Assembly: GCA_017651565.1 (NCBI GenBank)
Contig: JAGCCQ010000079.1
Coordinates: 6,447 to 70,446 of the forward strand
Direction of reading: 5' to 3'
From: Bacilli bacterium
GTDB lineage: Bacteria; Bacillota_I; Bacilli_A; RFN20; CAG-826
Length of the DNA: 64,000 nt
The notes under the pieces were generated by a model that ran no database searches, was not told the origin of the DNA, and saw nothing but the letters and a program-made list of their open reading frames with translations. Numbering within the stretch: the stretch's first letter is position 1; every line of letters begins with the position of its first letter. Position numbers and translations under genes: made by a program. Shown here piece after piece: positions 37,018-45,550 of this stretch.

Positions 37018-39675
37018 TTAATCGTTAATACCAATGAAAATTGCTTCTTCAGGTTCTGCGCTCTTATTTTGGACAGGGCCTTTTGATTTTGATTTTCTAG
37101 GTTTTACTCTACCAACGTTTGCAAACTTCTTGAAGAAGAATTGGCTCATAGGGCCTAAGACAAACATTGCTAATGCGAATGCTACTGCTACTGAGTAAAA
37201 TAATTCGACTGAGAGGAATTTCATTGCAATTGGGCCGAAGCCAGCAAATGCCAAGAAAATAGATAATCCGATGCACATGATGCCTAAGACATCTGCGAAT
37301 CCATAAGATACTGCTTTTCTCATAAGATCATTTCTATTTTCGTAAGAATTGTCGTGTTTTCTATCGTCTAAGACCAATTCTCTTTCTTTATTCATGAAGA
37401 GAATTGCAAATACTGAACACATAAATTCGCCAACGCAAATGCCGATAATTGCAGCATTTGACATAGGTACTAAGTGGATTAATGCGAATAATCCTGCGAC
37501 CATAGTTGCGCCAATTAATGTGACGACAAAGTATGCAAGACCTCTTGAGAGTCTGTATCTTATTAACATATATAATGTTGTTGTTACTAATGCTGCAGCT
37601 GCTGCAATAATAACTTTATAAACTACTGGAGTTGAAGGTGTTGTTGATTCACCTGTTGCATATTCAACGTTAATGCAAGCTGATGATACTTTTTCAGCAA
37701 CAACGTTTGTTGAAGTGTTGAATGAGAATAAATCGCCTATCTTATATTCTTTTGCTTCATAAGTAACTGTTTCAGGCATCTTTTTATCTTCTGTTGCCTT
37801 AATAACATAAGTTACATATTGATGATTGACATAAGGATTTTCTTCACCGCTATCATATTCTAAAACTTGATATTCATATGATTCTGTAACAACGATTTCA
37901 GATAATGATTTTTCTGTAGAACCGTCTTTGAATTTGACATCATCTAAAATTGTTCTAATGTTGTCTGAAACAATTGAAAGGTCAACGTTGTTTTCATTGT
38001 CAATTTTAATAACGATTTCATCGTCATATGCTTTAGCAGGTGTGTAATAAACTGACTTTGTAGCAATACCAAATGCTAACATAGCAGCTAAACCAGCAAC
38101 GAAAGCAACACCAGCAATAATAGTTGGAACTTTTGCGTTTTTGTTGAAGTTCTTTTCAGCAAAAGGACCAAAGTATGATTGTTTTTCTTCATTAACGAGA
38201 TCAGGAACTTTTGTTTCGTCTACACCGAATAAGCTGTATTTGCCTTGTGCGACAGAAGCATTAGTATCTAACCACATAAATCCTTTTAATACTGTTAAGT
38301 TGAGAATTAAGCTAACGATACCAGCTAAGACTGTAACAAGAGCAAAGCTCTTCATGCCAACACCACCGATTAAGTATGAGAATGCACCTAATACGAGTAA
38401 TGCGAAGTGAATATCAACAATAACTAAATTGCTCTTTTTGCTTGCTTCAGTATTTGCTTTTTTAACTGAGCGTCCACGATATGCTTCATCTTTAAATTTA
38501 TTTAAGTAAACGCAACCACTGACGATAGATGCGAAAGCAACAATCATTAAACCAACAACAGCAAGTACATTGAATTCAGTACCGAAAATCATAAGGAAGA
38601 AAATTCCGAAGAATACAGTTGCTAATGAAGTAACTGAGATACTTAATGCACCTAACTTATAGAAGATAAATAATACTGCAGTGATGAATACTGCTGCACA
38701 AGCGAATGAAATAAATGTTGAACTTGTGAATACTGATTGGTTAACAGCACCGCCTTTTTGAAGTTCTTCAACTGCTGGAGCTGCGTAAACTTCACTAATG
38801 CAAGTGACATCGTAGTCATATGCACCAGCGTTTAATAAGTTGACATAGAAGTTACCATTTTTCCATGCAGTAGGAACGTTTTCTTCATTAACGTTACCTT
38901 CAGAGTCTGCAATGTTTAAAACTGTACTCAATGCATAAACGTCATCTTTTTCGTAATAATCAAAGATTTTTGCTTTATCTTCAGTATCTTCTGATTTGAC
39001 TTGGAACTTTAATAAAACTGTACTTTGGAAGTTTTCATCTTCGAATGAATCACGTCCTGGAACGAAGCCATATACTAAATACATAAATTTAGCATATTCA
39101 GCATCTCCAGCACCTTCTTCAGATTCAGCTTTAGTTTGGATTTGTTCTGAATTAATTGCGCCAACAACAACTTCTTTATATTGTTCGTTTTCAATATCAA
39201 CTGGAATGTTGATTGTTGGATAAACACTATTTGTTTCTGTTAAGTAAGCTGGCTTATCACTATTGATGAAAGCTTCTGAACCAATGTAGTGACCGACTTT
39301 ATCACTATCGAATGAATAAAGATATAAATCACCATTGAATGCCAAGTATTCTTTTATTTGGGTATAGTCTACTGAATCTTGGTAAACAGTTACTTTAACT
39401 AAATCTTTTCCGAATGGAGCAACATCATAGCCGTCTAATTTTGAAGCTTCAAGACGTGCTTCCATAATTTCTGCAACTTCATTTACTGAATTGTCATTAA
39501 ATTCTTTTGGATTGTTTTCACCATTATCTGTCTTTTCTGTGACTTGGAATGTTAAAGTTTTACCTTTAGCGTAATCTAAACCAACAGTTAACTTATTTGT
39601 GATAGATGCAAATGTTACAACCATCATGATAAGCGAAGTGATAGCAATAATAATGTGAGCCCAAATTCTACGCAT
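37018..39675 (-). CDS. secDF: Fused protein-export membrane protein SecDF
   Basis: 885 aa with two 6-TM blocks separated by soluble domains; N-terminal TM and a large extracytoplasmic head. Synteny ruvB-secDF-recJ. Confidence 0.85.
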   Translation of the reverse strand: MRRIWAHIIIAITSLIMMVVTFASITNKLTVGLDYAKGKTLTFQVTEKTDNGENNPKEFNDNSVNEVAEIMEARLEASKLDGYDVAPFGKDLVKVTVYQDSVDYTQIKEYLAFNGDLYLYSFDSDKVGHYIGSEAFINSDKPAYLTETNSVYPTINIPVDIENEQYKEVVVGAINSEQIQTKAESEEGAGDAEYAKFMYLVYGFVPGRDSFEDENFQSTVLLKFQVKSEDTEDKAKIFDYYEKDDVYALSTVLNIADSEGNVNEENVPTAWKNGNFYVNLLNAGAYDYDVTCISEVYAAPAVEELQKGGAVNQSVFTSSTFISFACAAVFITAVLFIFYKLGALSISVTSLATVFFGIFFLMIFGTEFNVLAVVGLMIVAFASIVSGCVYLNKFKDEAYRGRSVKKANTEASKKSNLVIVDIHFALLVLGAFSYLIGGVGMKSFALVTVLAGIVSLILNLTVLKGFMWLDTNASVAQGKYSLFGVDETKVPDLVNEEKQSYFGPFAEKNFNKNAKVPTIIAGVAFVAGLAAMLAFGIATKSVYYTPAKAYDDEIVIKIDNENNVDLSIVSDNIRTILDDVKFKDGSTEKSLSEIVVTESYEYQVLEYDSGEENPYVNHQYVTYVIKATEDKKMPETVTYEAKEYKIGDLFSFNTSTNVVAEKVSSACINVEYATGESTTPSTPVVYKVIIAAAAALVTTTLYMLIRYRLSRGLAYFVVTLIGATMVAGLFALIHLVPMSNAAIIGICVGEFMCSVFAILFMNKERELVLDDRKHDNSYENRNDLMRKAVSYGFADVLGIMCIGLSIFLAFAGFGPIAMKFLSVELFYSVAVAFALAMFVLGPMSQFFFKKFANVGRVKPRKSKSKGPVQNKSAEPEEAIFIGIND

Positions 39676-39767
39676 ATTTATATACCTCCAGCGCGTGTGC
39701 GCTTTTCATAGTCGTTTAATACTTTACTACACTTATTGAATAAATTCAATATAAGACATTTATTTTT

Positions 39768-40736
39768 TTAGCAATTATTATGAGTCTTTAAATGCTCCAC
39801 CGCTTTCTTGTTTGCAATCCTACCTTTTATTGTCTTATCGATCATTCCAAGTTTAAGCAAATATGGCTCGTAAACTTGTTCAATATTTTCTGGCTCTTCA
39901 CCTATATAACTAGACAATGTATCTAGTCCGACAGGTCCACAATTAAATCTATTTACCAACGTATCCAAATATTTAATATCAACATAATCTAAACCAAGTT
40001 CATCTATGCCAATATTTTCAAATGATTCTAGCGTTTTTTCGTATGTTATTCTTTTTAAATTTTTATAATGAGCAAAGTCTCTCACACGTTTAAAAATTCT
40101 ATTCGCAATACGTGGAGTTCCTCTGCTTCTTTTTGCTATTTCAAGAGCGGATTTTTTATCGATTGTAAAATTATAAAAAGACGCTGTTCTTTCTACAATT
40201 TTTGCCAATTCTTCTACTTTGTAGAAGTTTATCTTTTCTATTATACCAAACCTCGCTCTTAAAGGAGATGATAAACTACCGATTTTTGTTGTTGCTCCAA
40301 CGAGTGTGAATGGAGGTAAATCGATAGTTAAAGTTTTGCAGGAATTTTCTCTTGAAATAATAATAGAAAGTTTAAAATCTTCCATTGCACTATAAAGGAC
40401 TTCTTCTACCGAATGAGGAAGTCTATGAATTTCATCGATAAATAAGATGTTATTCGGCTCTAATTCAGATAAAATTCCTGCTAAATCGCATGGCTTTTCT
40501 ATACTAGGTCCACTAGCTAAAACAACTTTAGAACCCATTTCATTTCCAATAATATTTGCTAATGTTGTTTTACCTAATCCAGGTGGACCATAGAAAAGTA
40601 CGTGATCAAGAGTTTCTTTTCTATGTTTTGCAGCGCCTATATAAATACTTAAATTTTGTTTTAATTTTTCTTGGCCTATGTACTCATCAAGAGTTTTTGG
40701 CCTTAAGAATATATCGTTATCTTTTATAGCGCTCAT
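39768..40736 (-). CDS. ruvB: Holliday junction branch migration ATPase RuvB
   Basis: Walker A GPPGLGKTT, Walker B FIDEIHR, GTPRIANR. Confidence 0.95.
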   Translation of the reverse strand: MSAIKDNDIFLRPKTLDEYIGQEKLKQNLSIYIGAAKHRKETLDHVLFYGPPGLGKTTLANIIGNEMGSKVVLASGPSIEKPCDLAGILSELEPNNILFIDEIHRLPHSVEEVLYSAMEDFKLSIIISRENSCKTLTIDLPPFTLVGATTKIGSLSSPLRARFGIIEKINFYKVEELAKIVERTASFYNFTIDKKSALEIAKRSRGTPRIANRIFKRVRDFAHYKNLKRITYEKTLESFENIGIDELGLDYVDIKYLDTLVNRFNCGPVGLDTLSSYIGEEPENIEQVYEPYLLKLGMIDKTIKGRIANKKAVEHLKTHNNC

Positions 40737-41290
40737 AAATTTCTTGCCTCTTTAAGCGCTAACTTTAATAATTCTTCTTTGTCTATTCCTTCTTTATAGA
40801 CTTTTCTAAGTGCAGTATCGACTGTTGATGCTTTAAATCCTAATGTTATTAATGCGTTTCTTACATCTGCAAAAGCATCATCTTCTTCCATTTCTGATGA
40901 TACAAAATATCCTTTAAGTTCCAAGATAATTTGTCTAGCTGTTTTATATCCTACCAAAGGTAAAGTCTTTAAATATTTAATATCTTCACGATTGATAGCG
41001 GATATGATTTCTTGAGGAGAGCCTACAGAAAACATAGCTAGAGCAGTCTTAGCTCCAATACCTTGAATTTTAATTAATGTTAAAAAGAGATTTTTCTCTT
41101 CAACTGTAGGAAAACCAACAAGATATGATTCATCTTGCTTTTGTACATCATATGTAAGAAGTTTTATTTCGGAACCTATTTCATAAGAAGAGGCTCTTGC
41201 TACATAGACTTTATAGCCTATGTTATTTACGTCGATTACTACAGCTTCTTTAGAAGCAGAATCAATTCTGCCTTTAAGAAAACTGATCAT
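40733..41290 (-). CDS. ruvA: Holliday junction DNA-binding protein RuvA
   Basis: MISFLKGRI N-terminus, HhH motifs (IQGIGAKTA, LPLVGYKTARQI), 4-nt overlap with ruvB. Confidence 0.92.
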   Translation of the reverse strand: MISFLKGRIDSASKEAVVIDVNNIGYKVYVARASSYEIGSEIKLLTYDVQKQDESYLVGFPTVEEKNLFLTLIKIQGIGAKTALAMFSVGSPQEIISAINREDIKYLKTLPLVGYKTARQIILELKGYFVSSEMEEDDAFADVRNALITLGFKASTVDTALRKVYKEGIDKEELLKLALKEARNL

Positions 41291-41298
41291 AATTCCTC

Positions 41299-41391
41299 CT
41301 AATTGTTGACTATAATAAACAACACTATCAATAAGATAGTTAATAGACCAGTTATTAATCCTATTATTACATTAGTATGTTTTTTGTTCAT
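41299..41391 (-). CDS. Possible unannotated 30-aa hydrophobic peptide (MNKKHTNVIIGLITGLLTILLIVLFIIVNN)
   Basis: Hand translation of the nadE-ruvA gap. The ATG lies 2 nt after the nadE stop, and the TAG stop overlaps the ruvA SD (TTAGGAGG). There is no clear SD of its own, and it could be a chance ORF in T-rich DNA. Confidence 0.3.
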   Translation of the reverse strand: MNKKHTNVIIGLITGLLTILLIVLFIIVNN

Positions 41392-41393
41392 TT

Positions 41394-42134
41394 CTAGTCT
41401 CTAATAAATTCTTTTGGAGTGGGAATTGGATTTCTTTTATGTTCGCTAACTGCGTGTAGTCTTTCAATTTTTGCATTTACTGCATCATCAACAGGTTTAC
41501 CTAGTAGGTAGTTATCTAAATCTTTATAAGTAACACCCATTTCTTTTTCGTCTGTTTGGCCTTCAAAAAGTCCTGCAGTAGGAACTCTTTCTGCTAATTT
41601 ATTTGGAACGCCGAGCATTTTACATGCTTCTACTACTTCACCTTTTAAAAGATGGACGATTGGTAAAATATCTACACCGCCATCACCATATTTAGTGAAG
41701 TAACCAGTATATTCTTCGTCGGCATTATCGGTACCTGTAACAACATAGCTATGTTTTTGAGCATATGCATAAAGCATAGACATTCTCATTCTTGCTTTTA
41801 AATTACCTGCAGTAGAAATATCAAGTTCTCCACTTGCAGTTTCAATTTCTTTTCTAAAAACCTTATATGCTTCTGTAGCATCAATTACTTTATAAGGAAT
41901 ATCCATTGCTTTACAAAGTTCGATGCCATCATTTAAATCTGCAATATTAGAATCGATAGGCATTAAAATACCCATCATATTTTCTTTACCAACTGCTTTT
42001 TTAACTAAAGTAGCCACTAAAGAGGAGTCAACGCCTCCGGAAATACCTACTACATATCCTTTTAAAAATGGATGTTTTTCTTTGTAATCTCTTAAAAAAT
42101 CTACGATTACATCGATATATTCTTTGAGTGTCAT
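41394..42134 (-). CDS. nadE: NH3-dependent NAD+ synthetase
   Basis: PP-loop GISGGVDSS. The 246-aa length is typical of the ammonia-dependent form. Confidence 0.92.
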   Translation of the reverse strand: MTLKEYIDVIVDFLRDYKEKHPFLKGYVVGISGGVDSSLVATLVKKAVGKENMMGILMPIDSNIADLNDGIELCKAMDIPYKVIDATEAYKVFRKEIETASGELDISTAGNLKARMRMSMLYAYAQKHSYVVTGTDNADEEYTGYFTKYGDGGVDILPIVHLLKGEVVEACKMLGVPNKLAERVPTAGLFEGQTDEKEMGVTYKDLDNYLLGKPVDDAVNAKIERLHAVSEHKRNPIPTPKEFIRD

Positions 42135-42139
42135 AAAAA

Positions 42140-43426
42140 TTACCTCACGTATTCAAATGAGAAATCATCAAGAATAACTGTATCGCCGTCTTCAGCGCCA
42201 AGTTCTTCTAATTTATCATCAATTCTAAGTTTTCTAATCTTGCTCATTAAGACCATCATGCCTTCATCAGTAGAGATATTAGTCATCTTATAGAACTTAA
42301 TCATCTTGTCGCCTAAAATCTCCCAAGTATGAGCGTCGAGTCTCTTAATATAGAAGTATTGTTCTTCGTCTTCAAGAGTGTATGTCTTGTGGTCAAGAAG
42401 TTCTTCTTCATCTTCACTATAAAGTGGGAATAATGGAGTTTTCTCGATTAAATCTGCACATTTATAAATAACTTGATCAATATTTTCTTCAGTAATTGCA
42501 GAAATTGGAATAATTTCTTGATCCACTTTCTTTTTGAATCCTTTTAAGCGTTCTTCAGCACCTTCTTCATCCATTTTGGATGCGAGTAAAATGCTAGGAC
42601 GTTTATTTAAACCAAATCCATAACAATCTAATTCGTTAAGAATAGCTTTATAGTCTTCATATGGGTCACGTCCAGTTTCTGAAAAATCAATAACGTGAAC
42701 AATAACTCTACATCTTTCGATGTGTCTTAAGAAAGTAAGACCTAAACCTTTACCTAAATGAGCACCTTCGATAAGCCCTGGAAGATCTGCCATAACAAAA
42801 CTACGTCCATCTTTAGCAGAAACAAGACCTAAGTTAGGTACGATTGTAGTAAATGGATAATCAGCAATTTCTGGCTTTGCTGCACTAACAACTGATAAAA
42901 GAGTAGATTTTCCAACACTTGGGAATCCAACTAAGCCAACATCAGCAAGCATCTTTAATTCTAGGATTAATCTTTTTCTAATTCCTGGTTCGCCATTCTC
43001 GGCGATCTTTGGAACTCTGTTTGTAGAGCTCTTGAAACAAGTATTTCCTCTACCGCCACGTCCACCTTTAGCAACTACGATGGTCTTACCATCTTCGACT
43101 AAGTCGCCTAAGAAAACGTGATCTTTTTCTTCGAAAATAACAGTGCCTAATGGTACATCAACGATGACATCAGGACTTGCGTGTCCGTATTGGTTTTTAA
43201 TACCGCCATTTTCACCATCTTTTGCGATGAATGTTTTACTATGACGGAAATTAAATAATGTATTAATGTGAGAATTTGCTCTAAAAATGACAGAACCACC
43301 ACGTCCGCCGTTACCACCAGCAGGACCGCCTTTTGCTACATATTTTTCACGTCTAAAAGCGATGGCACCATCGCCACCTTTTCCACTTCTAACTTCAATA
43401 ACTGCACGATCAATAAATGTAGGCAT
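42140..43426 (-). CDS. obg: GTPase Obg/CgtA
   Basis: Glycine-rich Obg fold (GKGGDGAIAFRREKY..GGPAGGNGGRGG), G motifs GFPSVGKST, DLPG, SKMD, and a C-terminal Obg extension domain. Start is MPTFIDRAVIEV (43426) after GGAGA; the track start at 43474 is over-extended. Confidence 0.93.
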   Translation of the reverse strand: MPTFIDRAVIEVRSGKGGDGAIAFRREKYVAKGGPAGGNGGRGGSVIFRANSHINTLFNFRHSKTFIAKDGENGGIKNQYGHASPDVIVDVPLGTVIFEEKDHVFLGDLVEDGKTIVVAKGGRGGRGNTCFKSSTNRVPKIAENGEPGIRKRLILELKMLADVGLVGFPSVGKSTLLSVVSAAKPEIADYPFTTIVPNLGLVSAKDGRSFVMADLPGLIEGAHLGKGLGLTFLRHIERCRVIVHVIDFSETGRDPYEDYKAILNELDCYGFGLNKRPSILLASKMDEEGAEERLKGFKKKVDQEIIPISAITEENIDQVIYKCADLIEKTPLFPLYSEDEEELLDHKTYTLEDEEQYFYIKRLDAHTWEILGDKMIKFYKMTNISTDEGMMVLMSKIRKLRIDDKLEELGAEDGDTVILDDFSFEYVR

Positions 43427-43451
43427 AATTTCTCCGGTCATTATTTTACTA

Positions 43452-43491
43452 TAAAGAAAAATAAAAGACCACAAAATTGAATGTGGTCTTT
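43452..43491 (-). terminator. Rho-independent terminator/attenuator between rpmA and obg
   Basis: Minus strand: 9-bp stem AAGACCACA-ttcaattt-TGTGGTCTT followed by TTATTTTTCTTT. Confidence 0.7.
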
Positions 43492-43512
43492 ATTATCTTA
43501 TTTTATTAAGAC

Positions 43513-43794
43513 TTATTTTGCGATAACAGTAACTACTGTTTTATCTTTGCCTTCACGAGTATATTTAACAATACCGCTAACTAAAGCGAAAATAGTATCA
43601 TCTTTTCCTTTTTTAGTATTAGCACCTGGATAGATTCTAGTACCTCTTTGACGATAGATGATGCTACCTGAATGGCACCATTGACCATCAGCAACTTTAG
43701 CACCTAATCTACGACCAGCAGAATCACGGCCGTTCTTTGTGGAACCAACACCCTTTTTAGAAGCAAAGAATTGTAAATTTAATTTAAAATTCAT
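43513..43794 (-). CDS. rpmA: 50S ribosomal protein L27 (with cleavable N-terminal extension)
   Basis: [25 protein letters not shown] is the Firmicute-type propeptide ahead of the conserved ASKK start. Confidence 0.95.
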   Translation of the reverse strand: MNFKLNLQFFASKKGVGSTKNGRDSAGRRLGAKVADGQWCHSGSIIYRQRGTRIYPGANTKKGKDDTIFALVSGIVKYTREGKDKTVVTVIAK

Positions 43795-43795
43795 A

Positions 43796-44125
43796 TTAAT
43801 TGTTTCCTTTCATTTCTTGTTCATCGATGTGAACGTTTTTAGGATATTCATTCTCAATCTTCTTAAGTGAAGTAATTATTGTTTCTAGAACTACTTTATC
43901 GTGTTCAGAATTTTTACCTTTACTTTCGATGTAGAAGTATCCTTTTTCTTCATCTATTTCATACGAATAATTCTCTTCACAATTGATATTTGCTAAACCG
44001 CCAAACACTACTGCGCTAACACCAGAGCAGACAATATCTTGTCCATAAGATGCTGCATTAGCATGACCTTTAACTTCAATTGATTTGAATTCGTTTTGTA
44101 TGTAACAGATTTTGATTTTAATCAT
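43796..44125 (-). CDS. prp: Ribosomal-processing cysteine protease Prp (YsxB family)
   Basis: 109 aa between rplU and rpmA. Has GHA...DIVCSGVS with the catalytic His/Cys pattern. Confidence 0.88.
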   Translation of the reverse strand: MIKIKICYIQNEFKSIEVKGHANAASYGQDIVCSGVSAVVFGGLANINCEENYSYEIDEEKGYFYIESKGKNSEHDKVVLETIITSLKKIENEYPKNVHIDEQEMKGNN

Positions 44126-44129
44126 TTGA

Positions 44130-44438
44130 TTAACCGTTAATAGCTTCGATAACTAAGCAAGTGTATGGTTGACGATGACCGATTGTTTTGTGTTCGTTAG
44201 CCTTTGCTTTGTATTTGAAGACGCGGATTTTCTTTTCTTTGCCTTGTTTTTCAACTTTAGCAGTGACTGTAGCACCTTTAACGTATGGTTTACCAACTTT
44301 AGCAGCTGAACCACCGACAAATAAAACTTTGTCTAAAGTGACAGTAGAACCGACTTCAGCTTCGAGTTTTTCGACGTAGATTTTTTCGCCGACTTCAACA
44401 CGAAGTTGTTTTCCGCCTGTTTCAATAATTGCGTACAT
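44130..44438 (-). CDS. rplU: 50S ribosomal protein L21
   Basis: [18 protein letters not shown]-terminus, 102 aa, RBS AAGGAGG. Confidence 0.96.
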   Translation of the reverse strand: MYAIIETGGKQLRVEVGEKIYVEKLEAEVGSTVTLDKVLFVGGSAAKVGKPYVKGATVTAKVEKQGKEKKIRVFKYKAKANEHKTIGHRQPYTCLVIEAING

Positions 44439-44536
44439 AATTAGCCTCCTTCTTTTTCTTCACTAAGTACTCGCTATGAAGGTAGATAAATCTTTAGAAA
44501 CCTTTTCTATGCGGTTGTAGCTAGTGAGGCGACAAC
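44439..44536 (-). ncRNA. Probable rplU (L21) ribosomal-protein leader
   Basis: About 98 nt of 5' UTR between a good promoter and the rplU RBS, with hairpins (GCGTTGT...ACAACCGC; CTTCA...TGAAG). Position matches the L21 leader known in Bacillota. No covariance model was run. Confidence 0.45.
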
Positions 44537-44542
44537 GCTAGT

Positions 44543-44571
44543 AATATATCATAGATAATATTATCGTGCAA
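44543..44571 (-). promoter_or_regulatory. rplU operon promoter (-35 TTGCAC, 17 bp, -10 TATATT)
   Basis: Minus strand: TTGCAC at 44571-44566 and TATATT at 44548-44543. Confidence 0.6.
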
Positions 44572-44579
44572 ACTTATTT

Positions 44580-45257
44580 TTACATTTTATTCATTATGGA
44601 ATAATAACCGCTTGCTCCAATAATCAAATGGTCAATCAATTTTAAACCAAATTTTCTTGAAATTCTAACTAATTCGTCAGTAAAAATTTCATCTTCTTCA
44701 CTTGGACTAATTGTGTTATTTGGGTGATTGTGCATTACGTAAAAATAATACCCTTTTGAAAGCATAACTTTTTGACATATCTCCTTTGGAGATAATGACA
44801 TGCCTAATTCAGTGCCTTTATATAGCGTTGTTTCGTAGATAATTTGTCTATTTCGGTTTAAGACCACTAACACCAAAATCTCCTTATCTTGCTCCACCAT
44901 TTTTAGGTAATAACGCTCATATAAAAGCTCTGAATTTACTTCGGCATGTTGCTCTAAAAGAATGTGCTTACGATTGTCCAATCTTTTCGCAATTTCAAAC
45001 GCAGCACATAGTTTTAGAGCTTTTACTTTTGAAATTCCTTTGAATTGTAAGAAATATTGATACGGGCTACTTGCTAAGTTAAACATAGTTAAGGAATCCG
45101 CAAGAAGACTATTAGCAAGCTGCAATACATTATTATCCTTGCTCCCCACTCCAATAAGTATCGCTAAAAGTTCAGCATCGCTTAAATTATTGATGCCGAA
45201 TCGTAATGCCCTTTCTCTAGGCTGATCAATATTAGGAATTTCATTCATTTTAGGCAT
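44580..45257 (-). CDS. radC: RadC-family JAMM-motif protein
   Basis: N-terminal HhH region (RERALRFGINNLSDAELLAILIG) and JAMM motif HNHPNNTISPSEED. Confidence 0.9.
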   Translation of the reverse strand: MPKMNEIPNIDQPRERALRFGINNLSDAELLAILIGVGSKDNNVLQLANSLLADSLTMFNLASSPYQYFLQFKGISKVKALKLCAAFEIAKRLDNRKHILLEQHAEVNSELLYERYYLKMVEQDKEILVLVVLNRNRQIIYETTLYKGTELGMSLSPKEICQKVMLSKGYYFYVMHNHPNNTISPSEEDEIFTDELVRISRKFGLKLIDHLIIGASGYYSIMNKM

Positions 45258-45260
45258 ATT

Positions 45261-45443
45261 CTATTTCCAATCGAATTTCCATCCGCCAGGAACGGTTAAT
45301 GTGCCTTTGCCAGAACGAAATAAACGATAGACAACTACCGCTATTACTGCAGCTAGGACTACTGCCATAACTGTTGTAACAGTAATTACTTCACCTGGTT
45401 GAATGCTTTTACATTCTTCTAGACTTAGTTCTCTGAATCTCAT
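45261..45443 (-). CDS. Small (60 aa) single-TM peptide with a double-glycine-like N-terminal leader
   Basis: Strong RBS AAGGAGG 5 nt upstream. Sequence is MRFRELSLEECKSIQPG-EVITVTTVMAVVLAAVIAVVVYRLFRSGKGTLTVPGGWKFDWK. Its stop is 3 nt from the radC ATG. Confidence 0.75.
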   Translation of the reverse strand: MRFRELSLEECKSIQPGEVITVTTVMAVVLAAVIAVVVYRLFRSGKGTLTVPGGWKFDWK

Positions 45444-45507
45444 AAAAACCTCCTTACTTCTTTAGAGGGGTTTTTTTCGAAAATGTGAGAAAAAAAGTTG
45501 AAAAAAA

Positions 45508-45540
45508 TTAAAAAGAAAACCTCCCTACAAAGTAGGAAGG
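45508..45540 (-). terminator. Rho-independent terminator after valS
   Basis: Minus strand: stem CCTTCCTAC-ttt-GTAGGGAGG (one G-U pair, valid only in the minus transcript) followed by TTTTCTTTTT. Confidence 0.75.
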
Positions 45541-45550
45541 CTTGAAAATA

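Noticed and set aside
39676-39767. GC-rich hairpin AGCGC-acac-GCGCT directly before the secDF SD, and the palindrome TTGAAT-tt-ATTCAA, considered as a riboswitch or attenuator.
   Set aside because: The stem is only 5 bp with no U-tract. The region is too short for a known riboswitch class, and the palindrome coincides with a plausible -35. This is probably ordinary promoter and 5'-UTR structure.
3566-43474. N-terminal extensions in the track for ispH (to 4513), ispG (to 6544), rpmG (from 6447), parE (from 8454), deoB (to 18699), obg (to 43474) and the ABC subunit (to 35424).
   Set aside because: The extra residues are hydrophobic junk without homology. Conserved N-termini begin at internal ATGs preceded by good SDs or -10 boxes, and several extensions start at GTG/TTG inside RBS or promoter sequence.
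31783-45443. Link between the ABC exporter pair and the double-glycine-like peptide, as a bacteriocin export system.
   Set aside because: The transporters lack an N-terminal C39 peptidase domain (597 and about 598 aa, starting directly with TM helices). They lie 10 kb away in a different transcription context.
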